DNA of 64,000 nt. It comes from Alphaproteobacteria bacterium. GTDB lineage: Bacteria; Pseudomonadota; Alphaproteobacteria; UBA828. The notes below the pieces were generated by a model that saw nothing but the letters and a program-made list of their open reading frames with translations, was not told where the DNA came from and did not search any database. The stretch is from the NCBI GenBank assembly GCA_963422645.2, contig CAXXVO010000008.1:512001-576000 (forward strand). Reading direction: 5' to 3'. Every line of letters starts with the position of its first letter. Position 1 is the first letter of the stretch. Below, piece by piece: positions 19,340 through 30,256 of the stretch. The translations under genes and the position numbers were made by a program.

Positions 19340-19627
19340 CTACTTGCGCATCCCTTTCTGGAAAATGCGGTCCGCCTTGTCCGCGGCCGCCTGTGCGGCC
19401 TCAGCCGCAGCCTCCGCCGCCGCTGCTGCCGCCTGCGCGCTCTGGCTGGCGCCATCCACAGCGGCTCGCAGCTCGTCTACGGCGACCAAGGCCTGGTTGG
19501 CCGTTTGCATGGCCTCCGCCGCCATCGCTTCGGCGCCCGCAATGGCGGCTGCCGCTTCCTCTTGCTGCGCGGTTGACTGGCACCCCGCAGCGACTGCCAA
19601 CGGAAGCGCGACAATCGCAATCCGCAT
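19340..19627 (-). CDS. Alanine-zipper Lpp/OprI-like outer-membrane lipoprotein
   Basis: Lipobox AAG-C, Ala-rich coiled coil, C-terminal ...RIFQKGMRK ending in Lys (alternative start 19648). Confidence 0.75.
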   Translation of the reverse strand: MRIAIVALPLAVAAGCQSTAQQEEAAAAIAGAEAMAAEAMQTANQALVAVDELRAAVDGASQSAQAAAAAAEAAAEAAQAAADKADRIFQKGMRK

Positions 19628-19886
19628 GGCCCACGATCTCTTGAGCATAGCCCCCTCCTGGCTCCAATGGGTCGCTGCGGAGTTGACGGCGATTCGGCCA
19701 ATAGTGTCAAGGTGACTCTCCGTAACTGCCCAGGTACCCCCTCTCTCTTATGGAACAAGCCAGTTCCTTTTGCGTCAACGCCCCCACGCCGCGGGGGTGC
19801 CTACTCTCTTGAGCGCGAGAGGATGATGAACGCCGCGTCGCGAACAAGATGAGAGGACAGCGATACTCAGGATGAGCCGGAGAAGT

Positions 19887-21425
19887 TCAGGAGCGCAGTA
19901 TAGGGATCAGCTGCATCGGTTCCGGGTGCGCCAGGATTTGCAGGATGTTCCAGCCTTGCTTTCGAGCGGTGACGATGACGCTGCGCATTCCGGCGAAGTT
20001 GCAGGCGCCTTGCAGGGAGCGGAAGCCGCCTGAGATCTTCTCATGCACTTTGTTCATACGGATGTCACGCTCCGCCTCGTTATTCGTGAACGGCGTGCGC
20101 AGGTCGGTGAGGAAGCGCAGGCAGCCCTCCTTATGCTTTTGAAGGCGGCGCGCGAGGTTGTGGCCGATGCGGCGTTTCTTTCGCCCTCGCTTTGCGATCT
20201 GGAGCGGCGGTTGGGCCTCATGGAAGGCGATGGCTTCTTCGAGGATACGGTCCCATGCCCTTGAGATGCGGGCCACCAGGGAGGCGGGGACTTGACGGTC
20301 TTTCTCACGGGCGAAGCGGGCGGCCCTGCGCGCGCGCTGAAGCAGGCGGTGCATGCTCGCCGCCCATTCCTCCTTCTCGATGTCGATCAGGGCCTGGAGT
20401 TCGCGCAGGTGATGTGCGTTGCAGGCGCCGTGGCGGACGCCCTTGATGGTGAAGTAGGGGGCGAAGTCGTCGTGGACGAGGATGCCTTTCAGGTTCTTTT
20501 CGACATCGCCGCGTCCCTCGCCGATGCGCAGGACGGTGAGCAACGGGGTGCACAGCACATGGAGCCAGCGGGTACGGGCGGCGATACGCAGGCCGGTCTC
20601 GTCGAGGTGCTTGACCGGCGCCTGCGTGCGGATCAGATCGGCGACATGGTCGAGGAAGCCCTCGAAGCGCTGCGCTGTGCGCCGGCCCATGGCGGCGATC
20701 GTGGCAGTGGAGATGGACACCGCGAAGATGTCGCTCATGAGTTCGGCCAGACGCTTCTCGGGCACGAACTGGGCGTACAGCAGGTAACTCACCCAAGCGG
20801 TGATGCGAGGGCCGTACTGGACCGGGGCGGTGACGCCCGGCGGGAAGGCGGCTCGTGTCAGCGTGCCGCATGCGCCGCAGAGGCAGCGATGGGCGCGGTG
20901 TTCGGTGACCTCGAGAGGCTGCGGCTCGGGTACGTCGAAGACCTGCCGACAGGCGGGCGCGCCTTGCCGGTCGGCGTCCGAGAGCTCGACGCCACAGCCG
21001 GAACAGGTGGAGGGGTGGTGATCGACGACACGGTCCGGGCTGTCGCTCCGCGCGAGGGTGGTTCCCTTGTGGCCGGGCTGGCCGCCACTGGGCCCGCCGG
21101 ACTTTCCGCGCTGGCTTTGGGTGCGCCTCTGGGCTCCGCTTTTCTTCTTGAGCCCGTCGCTGGCGGGGGGCTTGCTGCTTGTGGTGCTGTTGAGGGCCGC
21201 GCTGCGCTCGAGTTCGGCGATGCGCTCGCGCAGGGCCGCGTTCTCCTGCTCGAGTGCGGCATTTTCCCGGGCGAGCGCGGTGGCTGATCGCAGCAGCCCC
21301 TGCCCCCATTCCCGGACGGCAACGACGACAGTGGTTGCGAGGGATGATGGCTCGAGAAGCTCCTTCAGGCAGCAGAAGGCCTCGTTACGGGCGGCGAGGT
21401 CTTCGTGCCAGTGCGACACCGTCAC
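19887..21425 (-). CDS. IS66-family transposase TnpC
   Basis: Leucine zipper, NSTTSSKPPASD, CxxC zinc finger, HLDETG, ACNAHHLREL, FTNNEAERDIR; GTG start overlaps MTase stop. Confidence 0.92.
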   Translation of the reverse strand: MTVSHWHEDLAARNEAFCCLKELLEPSSLATTVVVAVREWGQGLLRSATALARENAALEQENAALRERIAELERSAALNSTTSSKPPASDGLKKKSGAQRRTQSQRGKSGGPSGGQPGHKGTTLARSDSPDRVVDHHPSTCSGCGVELSDADRQGAPACRQVFDVPEPQPLEVTEHRAHRCLCGACGTLTRAAFPPGVTAPVQYGPRITAWVSYLLYAQFVPEKRLAELMSDIFAVSISTATIAAMGRRTAQRFEGFLDHVADLIRTQAPVKHLDETGLRIAARTRWLHVLCTPLLTVLRIGEGRGDVEKNLKGILVHDDFAPYFTIKGVRHGACNAHHLRELQALIDIEKEEWAASMHRLLQRARRAARFAREKDRQVPASLVARISRAWDRILEEAIAFHEAQPPLQIAKRGRKKRRIGHNLARRLQKHKEGCLRFLTDLRTPFTNNEAERDIRMNKVHEKISGGFRSLQGACNFAGMRSVIVTARKQGWNILQILAHPEPMQLIPILRS

Positions 21426-22087
21426 GTGTCTTCGGCCTCGACGGCCATCATGGCGGCGAGCACGGCGAGGCGTTCGCCCGGCGGCAAGGCCTGGTAGCGC
21501 CGGCCCCAGTTGGCTGCCTTGCGCTTGATGCGCTGGCGGTCGGTGAAGTTCCGGCCTGCGTGGCTGGCCCAATGCATCCGGTCGGGGGCGTAGTTGAACC
21601 AGACGACCTCGGTTCGCACCAGACCCTGGGTCGTGACCTGCAGCGCCAGCCGGCGCCATCCCGCCAGCACCTCGTCATAGAGCGCCGACGGATGGCCCGA
21701 GATCATGACCTGGCAGGGCAGAGCCTTGAGCAGCGCGAGAAGCGCGACGTGGCCGGCCTCCTCGTACTCGAAGCGGTAGCGCTGCGCCGAGCGGCGGGTC
21801 GCGTGCAGATAGGGCGGATCGCTGTAAACCAGCTCCGGGCCCAGGAACGGGAACGAGGCCAGGAAGTCATGGGCACAGCCGTGAACCAGATCGACCGGGT
21901 AGTCGCAGACGAAGGCCTCGAGCGCCTGCGCATCGCGGTCGATGCCGATCGAACGCACGGCCGGCGGCTTGCGCTTCATCAGCGCCCCGCCCCCAAGGTG
22001 GCTTTCGATGTAGACGGAGTGCGGCGGCATCAGCGCAATCAGCGCTTGGCACAGACCTGCTGTCGCCTTCGAGCCGAAATACCCCAT
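21422..22087 (-). CDS. Dam-like (D12 class) N6-adenine DNA methyltransferase
   Basis: YFGSK motif X, YIESHLGGG motif I, YSDPPY motif IV, MISG, RTEVVWFNY. Confidence 0.88.
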   Translation of the reverse strand: MGYFGSKATAGLCQALIALMPPHSVYIESHLGGGALMKRKPPAVRSIGIDRDAQALEAFVCDYPVDLVHGCAHDFLASFPFLGPELVYSDPPYLHATRRSAQRYRFEYEEAGHVALLALLKALPCQVMISGHPSALYDEVLAGWRRLALQVTTQGLVRTEVVWFNYAPDRMHWASHAGRNFTDRQRIKRKAANWGRRYQALPPGERLAVLAAMMAVEAEDT

Positions 22088-22228
22088 GGACCGCTCCCGT
22101 CACGCGAGAGAGCAGTCCATAGTCCCGCAACTCTATGAGGTCAAGAACCAATCGCGGTGGCAGAACCAGGCCGCGGCCGCCGCCATAATCACCGTCCTCA
22201 ACTCAGGATGGGGTACCTGGGTAGTTAC

Positions 22229-22675
22229 ATGTATTCGCTGTGGCATGTCCGCTGTTGTTGGAAGCATCGGTATATAGAGAATCAAGAATTGATAGGAATA
22301 TTGGCGCCCTCAGAAGATTATTGTGAGGACCAAAGAGAATTATTAGAGAAACATCATTTGTCGACGCACGTGTATGAGGGCTGTGGAGCAACTGTTCATA
22401 TTCCCGGCCACCATATAGCCGGATTCTTGGTGCAGAATGATTGGGGGCGTGTCCGGAGTGCTTTGAAGGATTGCCATTGGGAAATGCTGGAAAGCAATTC
22501 TGGAGAGTTCATTGTCCCTGATAACAGTCGAGCTGGTCTTGTTTTGCCGGTTACGCCGACAATGTGGTTAATGGAAGGAAAGGGCCATCGTATTGTTTCA
22601 AAGCGAGAGTTACACCAAATAAATAGGTTGTTGAGACTCAACAGTAAACAGTACTACTTCGAGCGGCCAATTTAG
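22229..22675 (+). pseudogene. AT-rich, probably 5'-truncated hypothetical gene between two IS66 left ends
   Basis: GC clearly lower than flanks; ORF starts at the IS boundary; ends ...INRLL..NS.QYYF. Confidence 0.5.
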
Positions 22676-22765
22676 TGTTCAGCATATTGGGGATGTAATC
22701 TGTACAGGTCCAGTCAAATAGCGACAACAGGAACTTCTTATATTCAAATGATTACGCGATTTCTC

Positions 22766-23266
22766 GTAACTACCCAGGTACCCCAATCCTGAGTTGAGGA
22801 CGGTGATTATGGCGGCGGCCGCGGCCTGGTTCTGCCACCGCGATTGGTTCTTGACCTCATAGAGTTGCGGGACTATGGACTGCTCTCTCGCGTGACGGGA
22901 GCGGTCCATGGGGTATTTCGGCTCGAAGGCGACAGCAGGTCTGTGCCAAGCGCTGATTGCGCTGATGCCGCCGCACTCCGTCTACATCGAAAGCCACCTT
23001 GGGGGCGGGGCGCTGACGAAGCGCAAGCCGCCGGCCGTGCGTTCGATCGGCATCGACCGCGATGCGCAGGCGCTCGAGGCCTTCGTCTGCGACTACCCGG
23101 TCGATCTGGTTCACGGCCGCGGCCGCCGCCATAATCACCGTCCTCAACTCAGGATTGGGGTACCTGGGTAGTTACGGTCAAGAACCAATCGCGGTGGCAG
23201 AACCAGACCGCGGCCGCCGCCATAATCACCGTCCTCAACTCAGGATTGGGGTACCTGGGTAGTTAC
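22766..23266. mobile_element. IS66 left-end remnants: forward left end with MTase 5' part (22766-23117), then two tandem inverted left ends (23115-23175, 23176-23266)
   Basis: Three further copies of GTAACTACCCAGGTACCCCAATCCTGAGTTGAGGACGG. Confidence 0.88.
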
Positions 23267-23642
23267 GATTCATCTTGATACGAGTTTCCTGATCCGCGGG
23301 TCCCTTTCCGGGTCGACCGAGGACCGTGCACTGCGTGGATGGGTCGGTGCCCGAGAGGCATTGGGCGTCAGTACTGTCGCCTGGGCGGAATTCCTGTGTG
23401 GCCCCTACGAACGGTCGTCATTGGAATTCCTGATCAGCGTCATCGATCGCTACGTCGATTTTGCGTCCGCTCATGCGGAGATAGCGGCGCACCTCTTCAA
23501 TCAATCTGGCCGGCGCCGAGGATCGCAAATGGACTGCATGATCGCGGCCGCTGCCATTGCCGAAAGAGCGCCCATTGCGACCGCCAACGCGCGGGACTTT
23601 CGCCGGTTCGAGAGCGAAGGCCTGACACTCGTACCCGCGTAA
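23267..23642 (+). pseudogene. PIN-domain (VapC) toxin with start codon removed by the IS66 end; no antitoxin present
   Basis: Frame reads IHLDTSFLI...AWAEF...DCMIAA.A......IATAN.RDF; the IS end abuts G|ATT CAT CTT GAT. Confidence 0.8.
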
Positions 23643-23660
23643 GCCGTCGCGGCCGCCCGC

Positions 23661-25283
<1,623 letters not shown>

Positions 25284-25293
25284 ATGCCCCCGC

Positions 25294-26322
25294 TCACCGA
25301 CCGACCAGCTTGCGCGGATCGAAGGCGTCGCGCACGGCTTCCCCGATGAAGATGAGTAGGCTCAGCATGAGGGCCAGCACCACGAAGCTCACGATGCCGA
25401 GCCAGGGCGCCTGCAGGTTGGCCTTGCCCTGGCGCAGCAGCTCGCCCAGCGAGGGCTCGCCCGGCGGCAGGCCAAAGCCCAGGAAATCAAGCGAGGTCAA
25501 CGACGTGATCGAGCCCACCAGGATGAAGGGCAGAAAAGTGACGGCGGAAACCATCGCGTTGGGCAAGCCGTGGCGGAAGATGATAGCGATGTTGCCGACG
25601 CCGAGCGCGCGGGCTGCGCGGATATAGTCGAAGTTGCGGACCCGCAGGAACTCAGCGCGCACCACGCCCACCAGGGCCATCCAGCTGAAGAGCAGCAGGA
25701 TCACCAGCAGGACCCAGAAATCGGGCTCGATGATGCTCGACAGGATGATCAGGACGAAGAGCTGCGGCAGCCCCGACCAGACCTCGATGAAGCGTTGGAA
25801 GACGAGGTCGATCCAGCCGCCGAAGAAGCCCTGCACGGCGGCCGCGGCGATGCCGATAATCGAGGCGAACACGGTGAGAATCAGGCCGAACAGGACCGAT
25901 AATCGGAAGCCGTAGATCACGCGGGCGAGCACGTCCCGCCCCTGATCGTCGGTGCCGAGCCAATTGTCGCCTGAGGGGGGTGCGGGCGCTGGCACCGGCA
26001 GGTCGTAGTTGATGGTGCGGTAGCTGTAGGGGATCAGCGGCCACACCATCCAGCCCTTCTCTTCGATCAGCTCGGCGACGAAGGGATCGCGGTAGTCCGC
26101 CTCGGTCTCGAAATCGCCGCCGAACTCGGTCTCCGCATAACTGAAGAACACCGGGAAGTGAAGCGTGCCGTCGTAGCTCAGGACGATGGGCTTGTCGTTG
26201 GCGATGAACTCCGCGAAGAGCGTGACCAGAAGCAGCGCCAGAAAGATCCAGAACGAGATGTAGCCGCGCCGGTTGGCGCGAAAGTTGTAGAAGCGGCGCC
26301 GGGTGATGGGAGAGAGCGCCAC
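25294..26322 (-). CDS. yejE: Peptide ABC transporter permease
   Basis: LGTDDQGRDVLARVIYGFR, GEAVRDAFDPRK. Confidence 0.88.
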   Translation of the reverse strand: MALSPITRRRFYNFRANRRGYISFWIFLALLLVTLFAEFIANDKPIVLSYDGTLHFPVFFSYAETEFGGDFETEADYRDPFVAELIEEKGWMVWPLIPYSYRTINYDLPVPAPAPPSGDNWLGTDDQGRDVLARVIYGFRLSVLFGLILTVFASIIGIAAAAVQGFFGGWIDLVFQRFIEVWSGLPQLFVLIILSSIIEPDFWVLLVILLLFSWMALVGVVRAEFLRVRNFDYIRAARALGVGNIAIIFRHGLPNAMVSAVTFLPFILVGSITSLTSLDFLGFGLPPGEPSLGELLRQGKANLQAPWLGIVSFVVLALMLSLLIFIGEAVRDAFDPRKLVGR

Positions 26323-26325
26323 CGC

Positions 26326-27435
26326 TCACACCTCCCGCGTCTCGAAGTCGATGCGGGGGTCGATGATCACGTACATGAGGTCGCCGATCAGGTTCACGAC
26401 GAGGCCGAGCAGCGTGAAGAAGAAGAGGGTGCCGAAGATGATCGGGTAGTCCCGCTTGAGCAGGGATTCGAAACCCAAGAGCCCGAGCCCATCGAGCGAG
26501 AAGATGACCTCGATCAGGAGCACGCCGGTGAACAGGATGCCGATGAAGGCGCCGGGGAGGCCTGCGATGATGATCAGCATCGCGTTGCGGAAGACGTGGC
26601 CGTAGAGCACGCGGCGTTCCGTCAAGCCCTTGGCGCGCGCGGTGATGACGTAGTGCTGGCTGATCTGATCGAGGAAGGAGTTCTTGGTCAGCATCGTGGT
26701 GGTGGCGAAGCCGCTCACCGCCATCGCTAGAATCGGCAGCGCCAAGTGCCAGAAATAGTCCTCGATCTGGCCGAGCAGTGAGAGCTCGCCGAAGTCGTTG
26801 GAGACAAGCCCGCGTAGCGGGAACCAGTCCACGTAGCTGCCGCCGGCGAAGAGCACGATTAACAGGATCGCAAAGATGAAGTTGGGGATGGCGTAGCCGA
26901 CGATGATGACCCCGCTGGTCCAGACGTCGAAGCGCTGGCCGTCGCGCACCGCCTTGGCGATGCCGAGCGGGATCGAGATCAGATAGGCGAGCAGCGTGGT
27001 CCAGAGCCCAAGCGAGATCGAGACCGGCAGCTTGTCGAGGACCAGATCGACCACGCGGTCGTCGCGAAAGAAGCTGCTCCCGAAGTCGAAGCGCACGTAC
27101 TGCCCCATCATGTGGAGGAAGCGCTCGAAGGGCGGCTTGTCGAAGCCGTATTCCTTCTCCAGCCGCTCGATCAGCTCGGGGTCGAGGCCGCGGGCGCCGC
27201 GGTACTTGCTCGTATCGGCGCGTTGCGAGATGTCGAACTGCCCGTCCGTCCCGACCTCGCCGGGCCCGGCGCCGGAAATACGCGCCGTGGCGCCTACCGC
27301 GCTGCCGGTGAGCTCCGCGATCGCCTGCTCCACCGGCCCGCCCGGCGCAATCTGGATGATCGCGAAGTTGATCACCATGATCGCGAACAGCGTCGGGATG
27401 ATCAGCAGCAGGCGGCGGACGATGTAGGCGAACAT
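26326..27435 (-). CDS. yejB: Peptide ABC transporter permease
   Basis: [32 protein letters not shown]. Confidence 0.9.
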   Translation of the reverse strand: MFAYIVRRLLLIIPTLFAIMVINFAIIQIAPGGPVEQAIAELTGSAVGATARISGAGPGEVGTDGQFDISQRADTSKYRGARGLDPELIERLEKEYGFDKPPFERFLHMMGQYVRFDFGSSFFRDDRVVDLVLDKLPVSISLGLWTTLLAYLISIPLGIAKAVRDGQRFDVWTSGVIIVGYAIPNFIFAILLIVLFAGGSYVDWFPLRGLVSNDFGELSLLGQIEDYFWHLALPILAMAVSGFATTTMLTKNSFLDQISQHYVITARAKGLTERRVLYGHVFRNAMLIIIAGLPGAFIGILFTGVLLIEVIFSLDGLGLLGFESLLKRDYPIIFGTLFFFTLLGLVVNLIGDLMYVIIDPRIDFETREV

Positions 27436-27571
27436 GGCTGTCGCGGCGCGCGGGGGCTAAGCGGTGTGCTCTACTTGCTTCAGCACCCGTCCCCTCTCAG
27501 GATCGGCCGGCAGAGTGGCGAGCACGCCGAAGCCGAAGCCCGGCGCTGTCCCCGGTGGCCCTCTCCGACCC

Positions 27572-29431
27572 TCACGCTCCGCCTTCGCGGTAGGCCCTCA
27601 AGGCGTTGTCCTTCTCCCGATCGACCCACCAGGTGTCGAACACGCCCCGCGCGTAGCGCGGCTTGAGTGCAGGCCGGTCGAACTTGTTCCAGTAGACAAG
27701 GTGGTGCGCTCCCTTATACCACTGCGGGATCATGTAGTGGCCCCAGAGCAGCACGCGATCGAGCGCACGAGCGGCCGCGATGAGACTCGGCCGGTCGGTC
27801 GCGGCAGCGACCTCACCGATCAGCGCATCGACCACAGGGTCCTTGATGCCGGGGATGTTGAACGAGCCGACCTGATCGACGGTGCTGGACGCGAAGTAGG
27901 AGTTGAGCTCGGCGCCGGGCGAGAGGCTGAAGACGAAGCGGATCGTCGTGATGTCGAAGTCGTGGGTCTTGAGCCGCTCTTCGTATTGCGCGCCGTCGAC
28001 AAGGCGAAGGGTCACGTCGACGCCGAGGCGCTCGAGGCTGCGGCCGAAGGCCGCATAGATGCGCTCGAAGGTGGGCTCGAAGTAGAGGAACTCGATGGTC
28101 ATCGGCTCGCCTGTCTCGCCGTTGACCAGCGCGCCCTCCTTCGTCACCCAGCCGGCCTCCTTGAGCAGGGAGCGCGCGGCGCGCAGGTTGCCCCGATTGT
28201 TGCCTGAACCGTCGGTCACGGGCGGCACGAAGACCTTGGTGAAGACGTCTTCGGGCACCGCGCCCCGGTGGGGTTCGAGGAGGGCCAACTCAGCCTCGGA
28301 CGGCAGGTCGCGTGCCGCGAGCTCGGAGTTCTCGAAGTAGCTCGCCATGCGGTCGTAAAGCCCATAGAACTGGTTCTTGTTAAGCCATTCGAAGTCGAAG
28401 GCGTAGGCCAGCGCCTCGCGCACGCGGCGGTCCTGGAACTTGGGCAGCCGCGTGTTGAAGAAGAAGGCCTGCACGCCCGACGGCGTGTTGTCCTTCAGCA
28501 CGTCCTTGAGGAGCCATCCCTCTTCGACCGCGGGGATGTCGTATTGCGTCGCCCAGACCTTGGACGTGTACTCCTCGTGGAAGTCGTATTCGCCCGCCTT
28601 CAACGCCTCCACCAGCACCGTACGATCGCGATAGTAGTCGTAGACGATCGTGTCGAAATTGTAGCGGCCGATATTGAGCGGGAACTGGGCGCCCCAATAG
28701 TCCGGCACGCGCTCGTATGTGACGGAGCGGCCCGGATCGACCTTGGCAACGCGGTAGGGACTGCTACCGAGCGGCGGCTCCATCGTCGTCTCGCCGAACG
28801 CGCGATCCCGGTAATAGGCTTCGGAGACGATGGATAGCCCGCCCACGATCAAGGGCAGCTTGCGGTTGTCGGGATCGGCGAGATGGAAGGTCACCTCGTG
28901 ATCGCCGCTAGTCTCGACCCGGTCGACGCCGGCCAGCTGATTGGCGTAGGCAGGATGGCCCTCGGTGGTGAGGATTTCGTAGGAGAACGCCACATCGCGG
29001 GCCGTAATCGGCGTGCCGTCGTGCCAGCGCGCCTCGGGCCGCAGGTGGAAGCGGACGCTGCGCCGGTCCGGCGCGAGCACGACGCCGGCGGCGAGCAGCC
29101 CGTAGGCCGCATCCGCTTCGTCCGCCGAGCCTTCGAGCAGGCTCTCGAAGGGCAGTCCGGCGCCCGCCGCGCTCACGCCTTTCAACGTGAGGGGATTGAG
29201 AGTGCTGAAGGTGTCGACCGTGGCGAGGTGAAGCAGGCCGCCCTTGGGCGCGTTGGGGTTCACGTAGTCGAAGTGCGCGAAGTCGGGTCCGTACTTGAGG
29301 TCTCCGAAGAGCGAGAGCCCGTGGGCCGCCTCTTGCGCTGCCGCGGGCCCGATCAAGGCCGAGAGTGGCGCCATCGACGATGCAACGGCGACGGCAGAGC
29401 CCTGAACGAAGTGTCTTCTGCTGAGTCTCAT
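27572..29431 (-). CDS. yejA: Peptide ABC transporter substrate-binding protein (Tat signal)
   Basis: SRRHF; FDYVNPNAPKGG; RALDRVLLW. Confidence 0.88.
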   Translation of the reverse strand: MRLSRRHFVQGSAVAVASSMAPLSALIGPAAAQEAAHGLSLFGDLKYGPDFAHFDYVNPNAPKGGLLHLATVDTFSTLNPLTLKGVSAAGAGLPFESLLEGSADEADAAYGLLAAGVVLAPDRRSVRFHLRPEARWHDGTPITARDVAFSYEILTTEGHPAYANQLAGVDRVETSGDHEVTFHLADPDNRKLPLIVGGLSIVSEAYYRDRAFGETTMEPPLGSSPYRVAKVDPGRSVTYERVPDYWGAQFPLNIGRYNFDTIVYDYYRDRTVLVEALKAGEYDFHEEYTSKVWATQYDIPAVEEGWLLKDVLKDNTPSGVQAFFFNTRLPKFQDRRVREALAYAFDFEWLNKNQFYGLYDRMASYFENSELAARDLPSEAELALLEPHRGAVPEDVFTKVFVPPVTDGSGNNRGNLRAARSLLKEAGWVTKEGALVNGETGEPMTIEFLYFEPTFERIYAAFGRSLERLGVDVTLRLVDGAQYEERLKTHDFDITTIRFVFSLSPGAELNSYFASSTVDQVGSFNIPGIKDPVVDALIGEVAAATDRPSLIAAARALDRVLLWGHYMIPQWYKGAHHLVYWNKFDRPALKPRYARGVFDTWWVDREKDNALRAYREGGA

Positions 29432-29656
29432 TGGTCCATCTCCCCCTGACGCTGGCGCGCGGTCCCTGTACCTCGCGCGTACCGCCACCCGGCATTCTCA
29501 CGCCAAGCCTACAGGGCATAACATGAGTCGTGCCATCCGGTATCCCCCATCACAACATCGTGTCGCCCGGCCACCGATCGATCGCGACCTTGCGCCGCCA
29601 CGCCCGGTAAGAGGACGGCTGGACTCGCGGCGAGCGCGCGCCTCATACTCGGGCTC

Positions 29657-30223
29657 ATGGGGCGCTATCCGAACAGCGGCGGCCCGATCGTGCGCAAGGT
29701 GCCCGAGGGCGACGATCGGCCGCGCCTGGTCTGCGATGCCTGCGGCTTTATCCGCTACGAAAACCCGAAGATCGTCGTCGGTTCGGTCGCGACCTGGGAG
29801 GGACGCATCCTCCTCTGCCGCAGGTCCATCGAGCCGCAGGCCGGCTTCTGGACCCTGCCGGCGGGATTCCTGGAACTGCACGAGGAGCCCACCGAGGGCG
29901 CCCGGCGCGAGGCGGAGGAGGAAGCCTGCGCCGAGATCGTGATCGGCGCGCTGCTCGCGGTCTATACGATCCCCCGCATCAGCCTGGTGCAGCTCTTCTA
30001 CCGGGCTCACCTCGCGCATCCAGAGATCGCGCCGGGGTTCGAGAGCCTTGAGGTTGGGCTCTTCGAGCCGGACGAGATCCCGTGGGATTCCCTCGCCTTC
30101 CCCTCGGTGACCTGGGCGCTGCGCCACCATGCCGAGGCGCCGAAGAGCGGCGAATTCGCCCCCTTCACCAATCCCATCGGCGACGTCGGCGACTACCGGC
30201 CGGGCATCCCCGCGCGCCGCTAG
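29657..30223 (+). CDS. NUDIX hydrolase with N-terminal Zn ribbon
   Basis: C..CG.I.YENPK; GFLE..E....GA.REA.EEA Nudix box. Confidence 0.9.
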   Translation: MGRYPNSGGPIVRKVPEGDDRPRLVCDACGFIRYENPKIVVGSVATWEGRILLCRRSIEPQAGFWTLPAGFLELHEEPTEGARREAEEEACAEIVIGALLAVYTIPRISLVQLFYRAHLAHPEIAPGFESLEVGLFEPDEIPWDSLAFPSVTWALRHHAEAPKSGEFAPFTNPIGDVGDYRPGIPARR

Positions 30224-30256
30224 AGCGAGTCGATCAAAGACGGAGGCGCTCCGGCG

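Larger units (their letters stand above)
19722..22228 (-). mobile_element. IS66-family element (single transposase, no tnpA/tnpB) with DNA-methyltransferase passenger; intact copy, 2507 bp
   Basis: 19-bp IRs GTAACT(G/A)CCCAGGTACCCC at both ends; near-identical second copy at 35078-37869; no TSD here (GACTCTCC vs ATGTATTC). Confidence 0.9.

Noticed and set aside
21422-22675. MTase plus adjacent AT-rich ORF as a restriction-modification system
   Set aside because: The MTase lies inside the IS IRs and moves without that ORF (copy at 35078); no nuclease motif recognised.
22766-23266. Repeated ~60-90-bp units as a CRISPR array
   Set aside because: The units are copies of the IS66 left end, in mixed orientation and without unique spacers; no cas genes in the window.
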